DNA of 64,000 bases, from positions 62,001-126,000 of the forward strand of contig JAIVFI010000041.1 of the NCBI GenBank assembly GCA_025558095.1, written 5' to 3'. Positions 63,921 to 64,000 of this stretch are shown here, piece after piece. The position numbers and the translations under genes are program-made. Within the stretch, counting starts at the first letter, position 1, and every line of letters starts with the position of its first letter. The notes beneath the pieces are model-generated. The model saw only the letters and a program-made list of their open reading frames with translations. It searched no databases and was not told the origin of the DNA. This stretch comes from Hyaloraphidium curvatum SAG 235-1. Lineage: Eukaryota > Fungi > Monoblepharomycota.

Positions 63921-64000
63921 TTGCCATCAGGCTTTCCCCCGGTTCGCTGCAATTCTTCAATGTCGGCGGGTTCCTGTGGCGGGCTTCGGGTCTCGAGACG
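63921..64000 (-). CDS. 3' end of a gene entering from beyond the window
   Basis: Open minus frame RLETRSPPQEPADIEELQRTGGKPDGKQS*. Confidence 0.25.

Overview
This is a GC-rich eukaryotic window with about 25 tightly packed genes and short (~50-60 nt) GT-AG introns with CTGAC-type branch sites. The gene set (GH92, Rab5, FPK1/nrc-2 kinase, YCF1-like ABCC, transgelin) points to a fungus, probably early-diverging or chytrid-like (inference). The two gene-dense flanks (1-30.4 kb and 47.5-64 kb) surround a ~17 kb, CpG-depleted repeat domain built as a giant inverted repeat. Its left arm is ~29872-34597 and its right arm ~39503-46861, around a 4.9 kb core. The arms contain the 3' end of a KH-domain host gene, a decayed Ty1/copia element (PPT plus 145-bp LTR) and several 3' ends of an APE-RT LINE. 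The core holds the LINE body, split between endonuclease and RT by a ~1.77 kb non-coding insert. That insert carries 13 tandem 61-62 bp units, each foldable into an RNA three-way junction, and ends in the LINE's 3' stem-loop, so it is a candidate new non-autonomous retroelement or structured RNA. Only the right arm carries an intact, TA-flanked IS630/Tc1-type transposon with a DD96E (Sailor-like) transposase fused to two CCHC zinc knuckles; the left arm shows the empty site. Other notable items are a bacterial GGDEF C-terminal fragment antisense to the 5' end of a WS/DGAT gene, intron-bearing bacterial-type enzymes (PatB/MalY, Fe-ADH), a candidate 7TM ion channel and a ZP-like surface protein. 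All family assignments come from motifs read by eye; no searches were run.
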